This document shows positions 47,273 through 56,881 of a stretch of DNA of 64,000 bases, piece by piece. How positions within the stretch are numbered: position 1 is the stretch's first letter; every line of letters starts with the position of its first letter. The stretch comes from Candidatus Bathyarchaeia archaeon (GTDB taxonomy: Archaea; Thermoproteota; Bathyarchaeia; 40CM-2-53-6), in assembly GCA_050013255.1 (NCBI GenBank), contig JBEKFP010000001.1, positions 1,343,938 through 1,407,937 on the forward strand. Reading direction: 5' to 3'. The position numbers and the translations under genes were made by a program. The notes beneath the pieces are model-generated. The model made no database searches, was not told the DNA's origin, and saw only the letters and a program-made list of their open reading frames with translations.

Positions 47273-47419
47273 TGGTAGCGGGGGGTGGATGTTCGGGCGC
47301 GTGGCCTTTCGAACCACCGCTTGAGGAGTCTTTCAACTCAATCTCAGGGTTTCTCGCCAGGATATGAGCCCACCGCACGGGAAGGTTCTGCGGGTTAAAC
47401 CTGGCTACCCCACCCCGCT
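47273..47419 (-). tRNA. Initiator tRNA-Met(CAU) with four BHB introns (29/30: 47387-47371; 37/38: 47362-47351; 47/48: 47340-47320; 59/60: 47307-47290), CCA encoded
   Basis: Spliced product AGCGGGG TG GGGT AGCCAGGTTTA ACCC G CAGGG CTCATAA CCCTG AGATC GGTGG TTCGAAT CCACC CCCCGCT ACCA; A1:U72 and three G:C pairs in the anticodon stem mark it as initiator. Confidence 0.92.
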
Positions 47420-47526
47420 AGTGAGAAATCAAAAAGACTTGCGTGCTTTTTGTGGGTTTTGGTTGCCCTGACGAAGGGGTTTTTCCAGATAAGTCCGACC
47501 ACGAAGCCAACAGTTGCAGCCCATAG

Positions 47527-47760
47527 ATGATAGTCTGCGAGCGATACGAAAGGAAAGGTCTTCTGAGAAAGTTGGATCGGGACTCGAAACGAAATCAGCT
47601 TCACCCACACTGCGTCCGGAAATTTCTTCAGCAAACTCATCGACTCAGGCGTCGACCGCGGCGTTGCCTACTTGATGCGCCACAGATTCGGGACAACACA
47701 CACTTACAGTTGGGAGAAGGCAGGATTCACGAGAAATACCTCATGGTTCTAACGGTCCAG
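47527..47760 (+). pseudogene. Tyrosine recombinase/integrase C-terminal fragment, frameshifted
   Basis: LHPHCVRKF (HxxR motif), then in a shifted frame FFSKLIDSGVDRGVAYLMRHRFG (LMGH-like box II). Confidence 0.65.
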
Positions 47761-47941
47761 GGAGAATCCACAGACACGATAAGCCGCCTCGTAAGTTGGG
47801 ACGACGATAAGCAATGACAGGAGAATATACTCCACTGTGCGAGGTAAGACAAGACTAATCCGCTTGAAGGAATATGCCAGCTTGTCCAACAGAGAAAGTC
47901 CTAATTGAAGAGACGTTGACATTCAGGCCGAGGAATCTCAT

Positions 47942-48298
47942 TTGTTAACCCCTGACGAAGTCTTCCGATTGCATCCAAAGATTCGATGGGCGGCACTGTC
48001 TACAGAATCTGAGTCTGTTGTTTTCTCCCAGATGCGGCTGGGCGTGAAGAGTCACACAGCCAACTCTGAGGATCGGGCATTCATGAAGTTAGGCCCACTC
48101 TTCATGACCGGCATGGCAGAACGGTTGACGCCGGAAGGCAAGGCGGGGAAGCTGGAATGCGTTATTGCATGTTTCGAGAAGGATTACGTCCTCGTGGCTA
48201 AAGTGGGGAACGGCCACTTAGCCATCTCAGTTGACAAAAGTGATGCACTGGCCGTATTCCAGGAGATTATTCCCCAGGTAATCAAACTAACTGCTTGA
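47942..48298 (+). CDS. Hypothetical protein, roadblock/profilin-like small domain
   Basis: HPKIRWAAL......V...MR.GV.S pattern typical of small TACK proteins; fold is inferred. Confidence 0.55.
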   Translation: MLTPDEVFRLHPKIRWAALSTESESVVFSQMRLGVKSHTANSEDRAFMKLGPLFMTGMAERLTPEGKAGKLECVIACFEKDYVLVAKVGNGHLAISVDKSDALAVFQEIIPQVIKLTA

Positions 48299-49475
48299 CT
48301 GGTTACCAAGGAAGGGAATCGAAAAGAAAAGGTTGCTTCCTTGCACGTGAGCCTATGGGGCTACATATTCTGGGACCTTGCTGCCTTTCACTGAGGCTTG
48401 AAACAAAGATACGGCGTTTTCCCCGTGAGTGGGAGCATATTGCCGGCATAAGGCTTCATGACAGCTCGACAGCCGGATGCGCTAAGATCGGTTCGCGACG
48501 ATTCATCGTTTATGCAACGAGATTCCAGGAGGCAATGACATGGTTGTAATATTACGGATCAAGAACTATGTTGCAAGCCCAGCGCAATTATTGGTGGCAT
48601 TTCTCCTGTGCAGTCTACTCGAGGCGATCTCCATTTTCTTTCTTCCATCCCGTTTCCGAATGCTGCCACGGAAATGTTCATGGAGATTAGCAGCTCTCGC
48701 AATCGGCTGAGCTTGCCACTGGTTTTGATGGTTAAGATTTTAGGTCTTAATAGGGTGAAACGCCGGTGAATCAACCACTTTACGTCACATATGAACAATA
48801 TTGAGTAGCATCATGCCCAACGCCTGAAAATGTGCTGAACAGGAAGTTTAAGGTAGGAAATTGGTTGCTGTACCATGAATAACTGAAAAAAATGCAGAAA
48901 ATTGGCCTGCAAATTCGCAAATACCCTAGGTTTTGCCGAAGCTAAAGGCTAGGCATCCCATAAGCGGAAGGCAAATATCCTCCTCACAGGCCTGTCTTCG
49001 TGTCCTTTCTGGCAATAGAATCAAGTGAGGTGAACAAAAACGGGAGTTGGCACTGGCGGACACGGCGGCGATTAATAATGATGCTCCAAAGTTCGGGACA
49101 GGTTCCACGTAGAAACTCCTGAGTTTTCGGAGTTTCAGTGGGTTAGGATAGACATGTCTCTGTCTATCTGGTGGTAGTGGTAACTATGTTTTTTACCAAA
49201 TTTCTAGTGGCACTGTGTAGAACCTTTTATCCCGCCCCGACGCGAACGGCTCTTCGGAGAAGAGATCAGTCGTGTGTGAACATTGTTCCGCCATGGAAAA
49301 AGTGCTGACCGATTTAGTCGGAGAGAAAGTCTCACGTGTCATAATGAAGAGAGTTGCAATGGAACTGCACGGGCAAGCAATAACGTCCTTCCTTCAAGTG
49401 CCAGCCCTCCATGTTGGCGTTGAACAAGTACCGGCCTTACGAAGCAGTACGTGCTACGAGTCTAGTTGAACAGAT

Positions 49476-50651
49476 TTGTTGAGAACTGAGTCGGTCAGCC
49501 TTGATAATGAATACGAATACGAATACGCGAAGAAACATTACAGCAGGATTGCCAAGTACTTAGATCCGACAAACATACGAATATTCTCGGCCATGTGGAA
49601 ATATGGACCGAGAAACCTTCTTGAAGTCGCGCGTCGGATAGAGATGCCGTTTACCTCCGTTTACCATCGAATCTCAAAATTGGAATCCAGTTTTCATGAG
49701 GTAGCTTGGCTGATTCCGCAGGTCTCCAAATTAGGACTGGTTAGAGTAGCCGTACTAGTGGCAGCTTCGCCAGGATGTGAAGAGGAGGTAACCCGAGCAT
49801 TGAAAGCCCCCAACCTATGGCGGTCAATAGGCTTCTGCGAAGGAAACTTTACGCATCGCTCAATTCAGCTAGTCCCTGTAAAGCACCTAAGAGATTTCAG
49901 AGCCTATGTCCAACAACTCGTTAACAGAAACCTGGCAACGAATTTCAACATAATTTACACGGGCGAACACATTCCCAACTTCCCTGACTTCGACTACTAC
50001 GATCCGAAGACTAACACATGGAAATTCGATTGGGAAGAATGGTTCGTTTCTCTAGCTGAAGAATCCCAATCCGTCTCCTTTGACGACCCGGAAAGTTACT
50101 CGTCAACCTTCGACAAGAAGGACATGATGATAATAAGAGAATTGGAAACGGATGGGCGCAAGAGCTTCGCCGACATCGCTGGGGCTACAGGAATGACAGC
50201 GCAGTGTGTGAAGTACCATTTCGATCACAAGTTAGTTCCCTCGGGCGTGGCTAACTATTTCCTATTCAAGGTTTACCCGTTTCCCACCGAGGTGTCCGCT
50301 TATCACGAGATCATGCTTGAGTTCAATAACAAGAAGGACCTAGACAAGTTCTTCTCGCTAATCCCTCGATTATTCTTCGTGCTCGGTGCAGCTAAGGTTC
50401 TACGTCAGAACACGCTAATGGTTCAGACGTGGATGTTGACATCGCAGTTACCTAAACTATTTGCCTTCTTCTCTCACATGGCCAAAGACGGCCTCTTGAA
50501 GTCCTATTCTTCGGTCCGAATGGATTGGGCAAGCAGGCAGACTCAGTCAATCTCAGACGAACTCTATGACGACGAGAAGGGTTGGAAAGTAGATTTCGAG
50601 AAATGCTCTGCTGAGCTGTCCATTACAGAAAGGGTCGCATTTAACTCTTAG
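49476..50651 (+). CDS. Lrp/AsnC-like regulator with two winged-helix domains
   Basis: LDPTNIRIF..M...GPRNL.EVARRI and DKKDMMIIRELE.DGRKSFADIA. Confidence 0.8.
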   Translation: MLRTESVSLDNEYEYEYAKKHYSRIAKYLDPTNIRIFSAMWKYGPRNLLEVARRIEMPFTSVYHRISKLESSFHEVAWLIPQVSKLGLVRVAVLVAASPGCEEEVTRALKAPNLWRSIGFCEGNFTHRSIQLVPVKHLRDFRAYVQQLVNRNLATNFNIIYTGEHIPNFPDFDYYDPKTNTWKFDWEEWFVSLAEESQSVSFDDPESYSSTFDKKDMMIIRELETDGRKSFADIAGATGMTAQCVKYHFDHKLVPSGVANYFLFKVYPFPTEVSAYHEIMLEFNNKKDLDKFFSLIPRLFFVLGAAKVLRQNTLMVQTWMLTSQLPKLFAFFSHMAKDGLLKSYSSVRMDWASRQTQSISDELYDDEKGWKVDFEKCSAELSITERVAFNS

Positions 50652-51904
50652 GAAACTATTGGTCCTGCAGGGATATCCCGCAACGACACCACGGGCGGGA
50701 ACGATATCCAGACCATTGCTAGTATCGAGATTAGTGCCCCTATGATCAGGGCCCACACGATTCCGAGATGATCACCGATGATTCCTCCTATAAATGAACC
50801 GGCTGGCAAAGTTCCCCAGACGAACGTGCGCATTGTTGCATTCATTCGTCCTTGAAGGCGGTCTGGGACGATCGCTTGCCTCAGGCTTATTTGATTGATA
50901 TTGTAAACCGGAATTAGCACATTCGAAAAGAACCAGAGCGCGATCAGAATTGGTATGGCCGGCCCATACAACGCAATAGGGACCGCAAGCAATCCAACTC
51001 CGCTAACGAAAATAGAAACGACTAGAGTTCGCCCCAACCCTAATGTCCTAGCGATCCTGGAGGCACTGACAGCCCCCAACACAAATCCGACGCTCCCAAA
51101 GGCCAAAATAAACCCAACAATTTCGGGTGAGAGTCTTAGTTGTTCATACGCGAAAAGAAGAAAAACCGCGAAAAATATGCCGCTGCCGAAATTCAATGTG
51201 GCAGTGCAAGCAGCAATTCTGCTTAGTATGGCGTTTCCGAAGACGGCCCTCGCTCCTTCCTTAATTTCGAGAATGAAATTCCGCTTCAGGTTGGTTTCAG
51301 GAGCCGGCTCGTGTTTCCCTATCGAGAAAATCAGTATGGCCGATGCTAGGTACGCGAGAGCATCTGCAGCTATTGCCGTCGCTGCCCCAGCTAATTGAAT
51401 TAGAAAACCAGCGATAGCTGGTCCGGCAACACGTGCCCCTGATTGACTTGTTTCGAGCTTCGAGTTGCCTTCGACCAGATCCGACCTTTCAATTAGAGTT
51501 GGGAGGTATGACTGATAGGATATGTCGAAGAAAACCGTGAACAGTCCCGCACAAAAGGCGACCAAGTACAACATGTACAAGTGGAGCACCGCAAATAGAA
51601 ATGCCAGCGGAACTGATCCCATTGCTATCATTCGCCCAACATTCGCAGCTATCATAATCGGCCGTCGGCGCTTCCTATCCGCCCAGACCCCTATGAAGAG
51701 GCCAAAAATCGGGAAGGCAAGGTCTTCGAGGGCGTTCAATGATCCCATTTGGAATGGGCCAGCGTTCAGCAGACGTATTGCTACTGTTGGCAAAGCGAGA
51801 GCCGTAACCTGCCGCCCGAAGGCACCGATTGTTTCACTCGTCCAGAGACGCATGAAATCCTTATGACTCCACAACCGGCCCCATGAGAAAAGCCTCCGTA
51901 CCAT
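50648..51904 (-). CDS. MFS transporter (DHA3-like)
   Basis: DFMRLW, GVWADR.RRR and VPDRLQGRMNA motifs. Confidence 0.9.
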   Translation of the reverse strand: MVRRLFSWGRLWSHKDFMRLWTSETIGAFGRQVTALALPTVAIRLLNAGPFQMGSLNALEDLAFPIFGLFIGVWADRKRRRPIMIAANVGRMIAMGSVPLAFLFAVLHLYMLYLVAFCAGLFTVFFDISYQSYLPTLIERSDLVEGNSKLETSQSGARVAGPAIAGFLIQLAGAATAIAADALAYLASAILIFSIGKHEPAPETNLKRNFILEIKEGARAVFGNAILSRIAACTATLNFGSGIFFAVFLLFAYEQLRLSPEIVGFILAFGSVGFVLGAVSASRIARTLGLGRTLVVSIFVSGVGLLAVPIALYGPAIPILIALWFFSNVLIPVYNINQISLRQAIVPDRLQGRMNATMRTFVWGTLPAGSFIGGIIGDHLGIVWALIIGALISILAMVWISFPPVVSLRDIPAGPIVS

Positions 51905-52179
51905 TGCAACGCACGCCAGGGGGAGGGTCAGCTATACCGTCTGTCTGTATATCAAAGTATAATCCGGAAGAGTTGATGTTCGCGCGGACCCTCGTCAAAG
52001 CACCGCATGCAAGTCATCACAACTTGTGACATCCATCGCTGACCGTTCTGCGGAGGTAATGAGCTTAGAGAAGTCATCCTCATGAAAGATCTTGGTTACA
52101 TGTATCTATCTAAAGAAATAAAGAATAAAGAAATTCTTGGCTCTATGACAACTTCTTTTGGCGAGGGGGGGTGGGTGGT

Positions 52180-52382
52180 GTAGTTTTGTGGGGAGAACAT
52201 GTTACTTTGCTTGGGTTTACGGCTCGCCCAGCGCGATTGAAGCAGAAGCTAAAGAACGCATTGAAACAGTCGGTAGGGAGGGGGACCTCGTTATAGCTCC
52301 AGCCTATGATCTGGAACCCAAAGTAAAGTGGGAAAATGTCCTAGAACTCGTGAAAGCCGCGCGCAAAGAGGCCTGGAGATAG
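52180..52382 (+). pseudogene. Uroporphyrinogen decarboxylase-family C-terminal fragment
   Basis: GSP..IEAE.KERIE.VG..G..VIAPAYDL.P.V.WENV matches only the last ~60 aa of the family. Confidence 0.6.
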
Positions 52383-52387
52383 AACGT

Positions 52388-52744
52388 TCACCAGAATCCG
52401 CGATATCCGCCGAATCCGCCATATCGGCCATATCCGCCGTATCCGCCTAATCCGCCATATGCGCCATATCCACCAGATTCACCGACCCTAACGGCCGGAG
52501 GCTGATAGGCGTATGCCTGGGCCGGAGCCTGCTGGAAGTAGTACTCGGGCGGAGGCTGGTAGACCTGGGCCGGGGGTTGATAGGCGTGCATCGTGGCAGG
52601 AGGCTGATAGCAGTAGTACTGAGGCGGGGGTTGATAGAAGACCTCCGGAGGCTGGGGGGCTAAACGTTGCTCAGCCGTGTAGCATTGCTGCGGTACGTAG
52701 ACAGTGTATGGAACCGGCGGTCTCGGAACATAATAGTACGACAT
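52388..52744 (-). CDS. Tyr/Gln/Pro-repeat low-complexity protein with GGYG tail
   Basis: Repeated YQPP units and GGYGGY repeats. Confidence 0.7.
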   Translation of the reverse strand: MSYYYVPRPPVPYTVYVPQQCYTAEQRLAPQPPEVFYQPPPQYYCYQPPATMHAYQPPAQVYQPPPEYYFQQAPAQAYAYQPPAVRVGESGGYGAYGGLGGYGGYGRYGGFGGYRGFW

Positions 52745-53138
52745 TTCTGATTCACTTATGCAACGAGACCTCGCGACATCGCGAATAAACCTTGCGCGTC
52801 ATATACCACTGACTATGACAAACTCGTCCCTAGGGCGGTATGGATTTCGCAGGAGACTGTACATGCCTTTGTACATGCCGGCATGTAGAGTAGTAGCCTC
52901 CAACCGGTGATTATTCTCAGAATGTGAAGCTTGAAGATGACTAAGAGATTATTTCGCAGCCGTTGTATCGAGTATGCTCAAAGTCCTGCAGCTGAATCCT
53001 CCCAGCGTCTATTAGAGCCCTAACTTGGGGGAGCGCCTCATACAGGGCGTCTATCATGTTCCTGACGGTGCCGCAGACCTGGCTGAATCCTTCGTCCCCC
53101 TCAGAGCTTAGTAGCGTTGGCGTAGAGAGAGACCCCCG

Positions 53139-53315
53139 TTGAGTGCCTCTGCCACCTGCTACGTCCCTACTCAATGTATGATTCCGCAACCTCCGAAGGT
53201 CTACTACCAAGCCCCGCCACAAGCCTACGCATATCAACCTCCGCCAGTCATATACTCGTACCTACCCACGCCAAAGCACTATTGTTACCAGCCATCCCCA
53301 GTCAGGGTCCAATAA
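53139..53315 (+). CDS. Short paralog of the YQPP-repeat protein (58 aa, below ORF-track cutoff)
   Basis: TTG start; MSASATCYVPTQCMIPQPPKVYYQAPPQAYAYQPPPVIYSYLPTPKHYCYQPSPVRVQ*; followed by a T-tract. Confidence 0.6.
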   Translation: MSASATCYVPTQCMIPQPPKVYYQAPPQAYAYQPPPVIYSYLPTPKHYCYQPSPVRVQ

Positions 53316-53455
53316 TCCCCCTTTTTTTCATACGGCTGAGTCTTCAACCGATTCTGGACCCAGAGACCTCGGCATTAGTTCACTTACGACCATTTTCCCA
53401 CTTTGCAAATGGAGTCGACACCGGTCGTCGACTTCGGTACAGTGCTTTAGTCGTC

Positions 53456-54781
53456 TTACGGGTCGTGCCATTTGCCAACAGGAGGACCATTGCTCTGCGT
53501 TTTCTTTTCCAATCCATAACGTGACAGCGGTTTGGTCAGATGCCTTTGGGCCTTCCTGTCGGGAACGTAGAGGCCTGCTTCTAAGGACCGATGATTGCGG
53601 GTCGAGGTCTTCTTAGCGTTTGGTGCTTTGAACGAGCACTTGGTACATTCGAAGCCTTGCCCTTTTCCGGATGATTTCAAATGTTTGTTACAGCGTGGGC
53701 AAGTTGGGTTCTCAATTCTGATATCCTCTTGCAAGCGGTGGATCTGAAGTTTTTCCAAGTTCAGTGCGATCGGGAAGCCAGCATGTTTTCTTAAGCCTCC
53801 TAAGACAGTGACTTGATCTCCTGGAATCAGTTTCGCCACGATTTCCCGAAATCTGCCCGTGGGTTCGAAGGCTGCACAGCGAACTCTCAACTCGTCGCAC
53901 TTGAGCGTGAAGAATACGTGGCCTCCCGTGATACGTTCGGGTTTGTCAACGACGGTTCCCTTCAGAACGGCAGTCATAAAGGGTCTAATTTGACCGTTCA
54001 ACCGTGTAGCGTTGAAATGCGCGTCGGTTCCATGGTTTGTTCTAAACACAACCCATCGTTCGACTGGTTCTCGAATTCTCACCATGCGAAGCGCGTTCAC
54101 AACGGCGCGCGGGCTTTCTCCTCGAATACCTAGAAGCACTGGGTCCGGGCCATGTGGCGTAATTAGCGTTCGTTCATTATCAAAATCATAACTATTGAAC
54201 GTTCGAGGTGCGGTAAGCCGATCCATTCTCTTCACCGACATCTGGTCGACGCGCCTTGGCGTCCCCCAGTTCTTTTTCTCCCTGTAGGCAACCAGCTCGA
54301 ACGTATGGTCGCCATCGAGTTCTTGGCCGATCGCGGACAAGGCGCCAACCAAGCCTAGACGAGAACCGTATGTGACCGCCGTCACGTGGTAGCGGGTGAG
54401 CGCTTCCTGCGCCTCCTGCACGCTAACAACATCTATCAGAGCTTTACGGGACAGGTTCCTAATTTTGACGGGTGGTCTGCCTTTAAGGAAGACGATTGCC
54501 GGATCAGTCCCCACTCTCCCTAACCAACTGTTTTCCTCTACCTCTTCGATAGTCTCCTCTTGAACTGAATCGTAGAGTTCGTCTGGAATATTGAGCCGTA
54601 AGGATACTGCTGCGTTCCCACGTGTCTTGTAGGGGATGTTCGGGTTTAGGCGAATGATGTTGGGGTAGTCTGTGAACTTGGCACCGATCTTAGACAGTCT
54701 TTCGACGAGTCGAGCTGCGATATATGTGGTGCAACCGCCTCGCGTAGAATCTGTATCATCAATTCCAATGTGCAGTTTCAC
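53456..54781 (-). CDS. tiaS: tRNA(Ile2) 2-agmatinylcytidine synthetase
   Basis: IGIDDTDS..GGCTTY, RLNPNIPYKTRGN, PHGPDPVL.GIRG, TNHGTD.H; Zn ribbon. Confidence 0.97.
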   Translation of the reverse strand: MKLHIGIDDTDSTRGGCTTYIAARLVERLSKIGAKFTDYPNIIRLNPNIPYKTRGNAAVSLRLNIPDELYDSVQEETIEEVEENSWLGRVGTDPAIVFLKGRPPVKIRNLSRKALIDVVSVQEAQEALTRYHVTAVTYGSRLGLVGALSAIGQELDGDHTFELVAYREKKNWGTPRRVDQMSVKRMDRLTAPRTFNSYDFDNERTLITPHGPDPVLLGIRGESPRAVVNALRMVRIREPVERWVVFRTNHGTDAHFNATRLNGQIRPFMTAVLKGTVVDKPERITGGHVFFTLKCDELRVRCAAFEPTGRFREIVAKLIPGDQVTVLGGLRKHAGFPIALNLEKLQIHRLQEDIRIENPTCPRCNKHLKSSGKGQGFECTKCSFKAPNAKKTSTRNHRSLEAGLYVPDRKAQRHLTKPLSRYGLEKKTQSNGPPVGKWHDP

Positions 54782-54831
54782 AAGTAGAAACCCAGTCGGT
54801 ATTTCGCCGGGACCGACTCTTGTCTAAGAGT

Positions 54832-55068
54832 TTAGGTTCCTTCTACAACAATCATTGTGAGTGTCGAGCGGACCTTTTCGAGCCTGCGTATCTTCCAAGT
54901 AACAATTTCCTTTAGCTTGTCCATGGAGTCAGCTTCGACTTTCGCAACAATATCGTAGACGCCGTAGACGACGTACGATTCCTTCACATTGCTTAGCTTG
55001 CGCATTTCTCCGGCTACTTCGTCTTCCGAGCCTATTTCAGCATTAATCAGGACGAAAGCTAGCGGCAT
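54832..55068 (-). CDS. Lrp/AsnC ligand-binding domain protein
   Basis: AFVLIN...G, VYGVYDIVAKV and V.STLTMI motifs. Confidence 0.9.
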   Translation of the reverse strand: MPLAFVLINAEIGSEDEVAGEMRKLSNVKESYVVYGVYDIVAKVEADSMDKLKEIVTWKIRRLEKVRSTLTMIVVEGT

Positions 55069-55323
55069 AACAGAACCTCGTGAAGGCTTGATGGTAAAGG
55101 TACCGCTAAAAACATTTGCCTAACTCGTTGCCGGCATCAATCAAGAGAACGGCCCTGCTGGTTCAGATTCGCCGTCTGGAGGAAATCAACGAAATCAGCA
55201 ATCACAATCGTTTCAACGTCAAGGCCACGTTGGAAAAACAAGTTGCCGTGTTGGATTCAAGGAGCCAGCTTTCTGTCCCAACACATTTACCAGACCGCTT
55301 GGAGTGACCATCCAGGACAGGTT

Positions 55324-56862
55324 TTGACCACGCCAAACCCCGCGATCACATCCCTCGAAGCAACCATTCTCGACAGGAATTCAGAGTACTTAGGGGTGTC
55401 TACACTACAATTAATGGAGAATGCAGGGCGTTCTGTGGCTGACGAAATCGTCGCCCGGTTTGGGGCTGGTAGCTCCGTTGTAATCTATGGTGGCACCGGT
55501 AGAAATGGGGGCGACGGAATGGTTATCGCGCGGCACCTCGCTGGAAGAGGCCTCCGCATATCATTCAAGCTCGTGGGTAGCGAGGAATCAATCTCAGATC
55601 CCGCAGTCCTTCAGAACTGGCGCGCCCTCAAATCGATGTCCACAACCGTCAAGATAGACCAGTATCGTGACTCCTCATCATTATCCGAATCGGACTCGGA
55701 CGTAGTTGTTGATGCACTTCTCGGGACCGGTGTCAGAGGGAAACTGCGTCAACCCGTTCTCAAAGCTGTTGAGGTAATCAATGAGTCTCGTGGCTACAAA
55801 ATCGCCGTAGATGTCCCAACCGGGATTGAATCTGATACGGGTGAGGTGTTGGGCGATGCTGTGCGTGCCAATCTTACAGTCACTCTTCATGCAATCAAGA
55901 AGGGATTTTCGACGGCAAAAGAGTTCTGTGGCGAAATCAAAGCTGCAGACATAGGAATACCTCCGGAGGCCGCTGTCTTTGCCGGACCAGGAGATGTTGA
56001 TGTCGCAGTAGTTAGAAGGTCTCCTGAAGCGCACAAGGGTCAATTCGGACGTTTATTGGTAATAGGTGGGAGCGAAATATTTACCGGAGCCCCTGCACTC
56101 GTGGGGCTGGCCGCTTATCGAACAGGCACCGATCTAGTATTCGTAGCGGCACCGGAAAGAACAGCCCAAGCAATTTCGTCAATCTCTCCAAATCTGATCA
56201 CAATCAAACTCCCCGGCGCAAATCTCAAGCCCACGCACGTACGCATCCTTCGAGAGCAATTGGAGAAGGCGAATGCAATAGCAATAGGCCCAGGCCTAGG
56301 CTTGGATAAGCAAACGATTTCCGCGGCTCGCAAAATCATCCAACTCGTGCAACAGCTCAAGAAACCGCTCCTGTTGGACGCTGATGGTTTGAAGGCACTC
56401 GGTGTAGTCAAGAAGAAGGTTTTCGATAACTCGACAGTTATGACCCCACACGCAGGTGAATTTCAAGCGGTCTTCGGAAAGCCTCCATCCCGAGATTTGA
56501 AGGTTCGTTCCAGCGAGGTGAGAGCTTTCGCTACGAGAAGTGGTGCCGTTGTACTTCTCAAGGGCCACACTGACGTAATTTCGGATGGAGTCAGTGTGAA
56601 GTTGAATGATACAGGTAACCCTGGCATGACCGTGGGTGGAACAGGGGACGTTCTCTCAGGAATAGTTGCTGGATTAATGGCGCAGGGCGTCGGAGGGTTC
56701 AGAGCGGCAGTCGCGGGAGCCTTCGTAAACGGTGCGGCGGGCGACCTCGCCGAAGAAGAATACGGCTATCATCTTACACCAACCGATCTTCTCGATCACA
56801 TACCAAAGGTTCTAGACGATCCGATGTGCCACAAAGCAATACGCGAAAGGAGATTGCTGTAG
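55324..56862 (+). CDS. nnr: Bifunctional NAD(P)H-hydrate epimerase/dehydratase
   Basis: LMENAG, G.GRNGGDG, DALLGTG, HKG.FG, DADGL, TPHAGEF, GGTGDVLSG; start approximate. Confidence 0.95.
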   Translation: MTTPNPAITSLEATILDRNSEYLGVSTLQLMENAGRSVADEIVARFGAGSSVVIYGGTGRNGGDGMVIARHLAGRGLRISFKLVGSEESISDPAVLQNWRALKSMSTTVKIDQYRDSSSLSESDSDVVVDALLGTGVRGKLRQPVLKAVEVINESRGYKIAVDVPTGIESDTGEVLGDAVRANLTVTLHAIKKGFSTAKEFCGEIKAADIGIPPEAAVFAGPGDVDVAVVRRSPEAHKGQFGRLLVIGGSEIFTGAPALVGLAAYRTGTDLVFVAAPERTAQAISSISPNLITIKLPGANLKPTHVRILREQLEKANAIAIGPGLGLDKQTISAARKIIQLVQQLKKPLLLDADGLKALGVVKKKVFDNSTVMTPHAGEFQAVFGKPPSRDLKVRSSEVRAFATRSGAVVLLKGHTDVISDGVSVKLNDTGNPGMTVGGTGDVLSGIVAGLMAQGVGGFRAAVAGAFVNGAAGDLAEEEYGYHLTPTDLLDHIPKVLDDPMCHKAIRERRLL

Positions 56863-56881
56863 CAGCAAGCCTGCGCGAGAT

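Noticed and set aside
48295-49469. Short ORFs in the gene-poor stretch after the integrase relic
   Set aside because: No recognisable motifs or supportable starts.
52109-52134. AAAGAAATAAAGAATAAAGAAAT micro-repeat
   Set aside because: Short low-complexity tract with no other copies and no supportable function.
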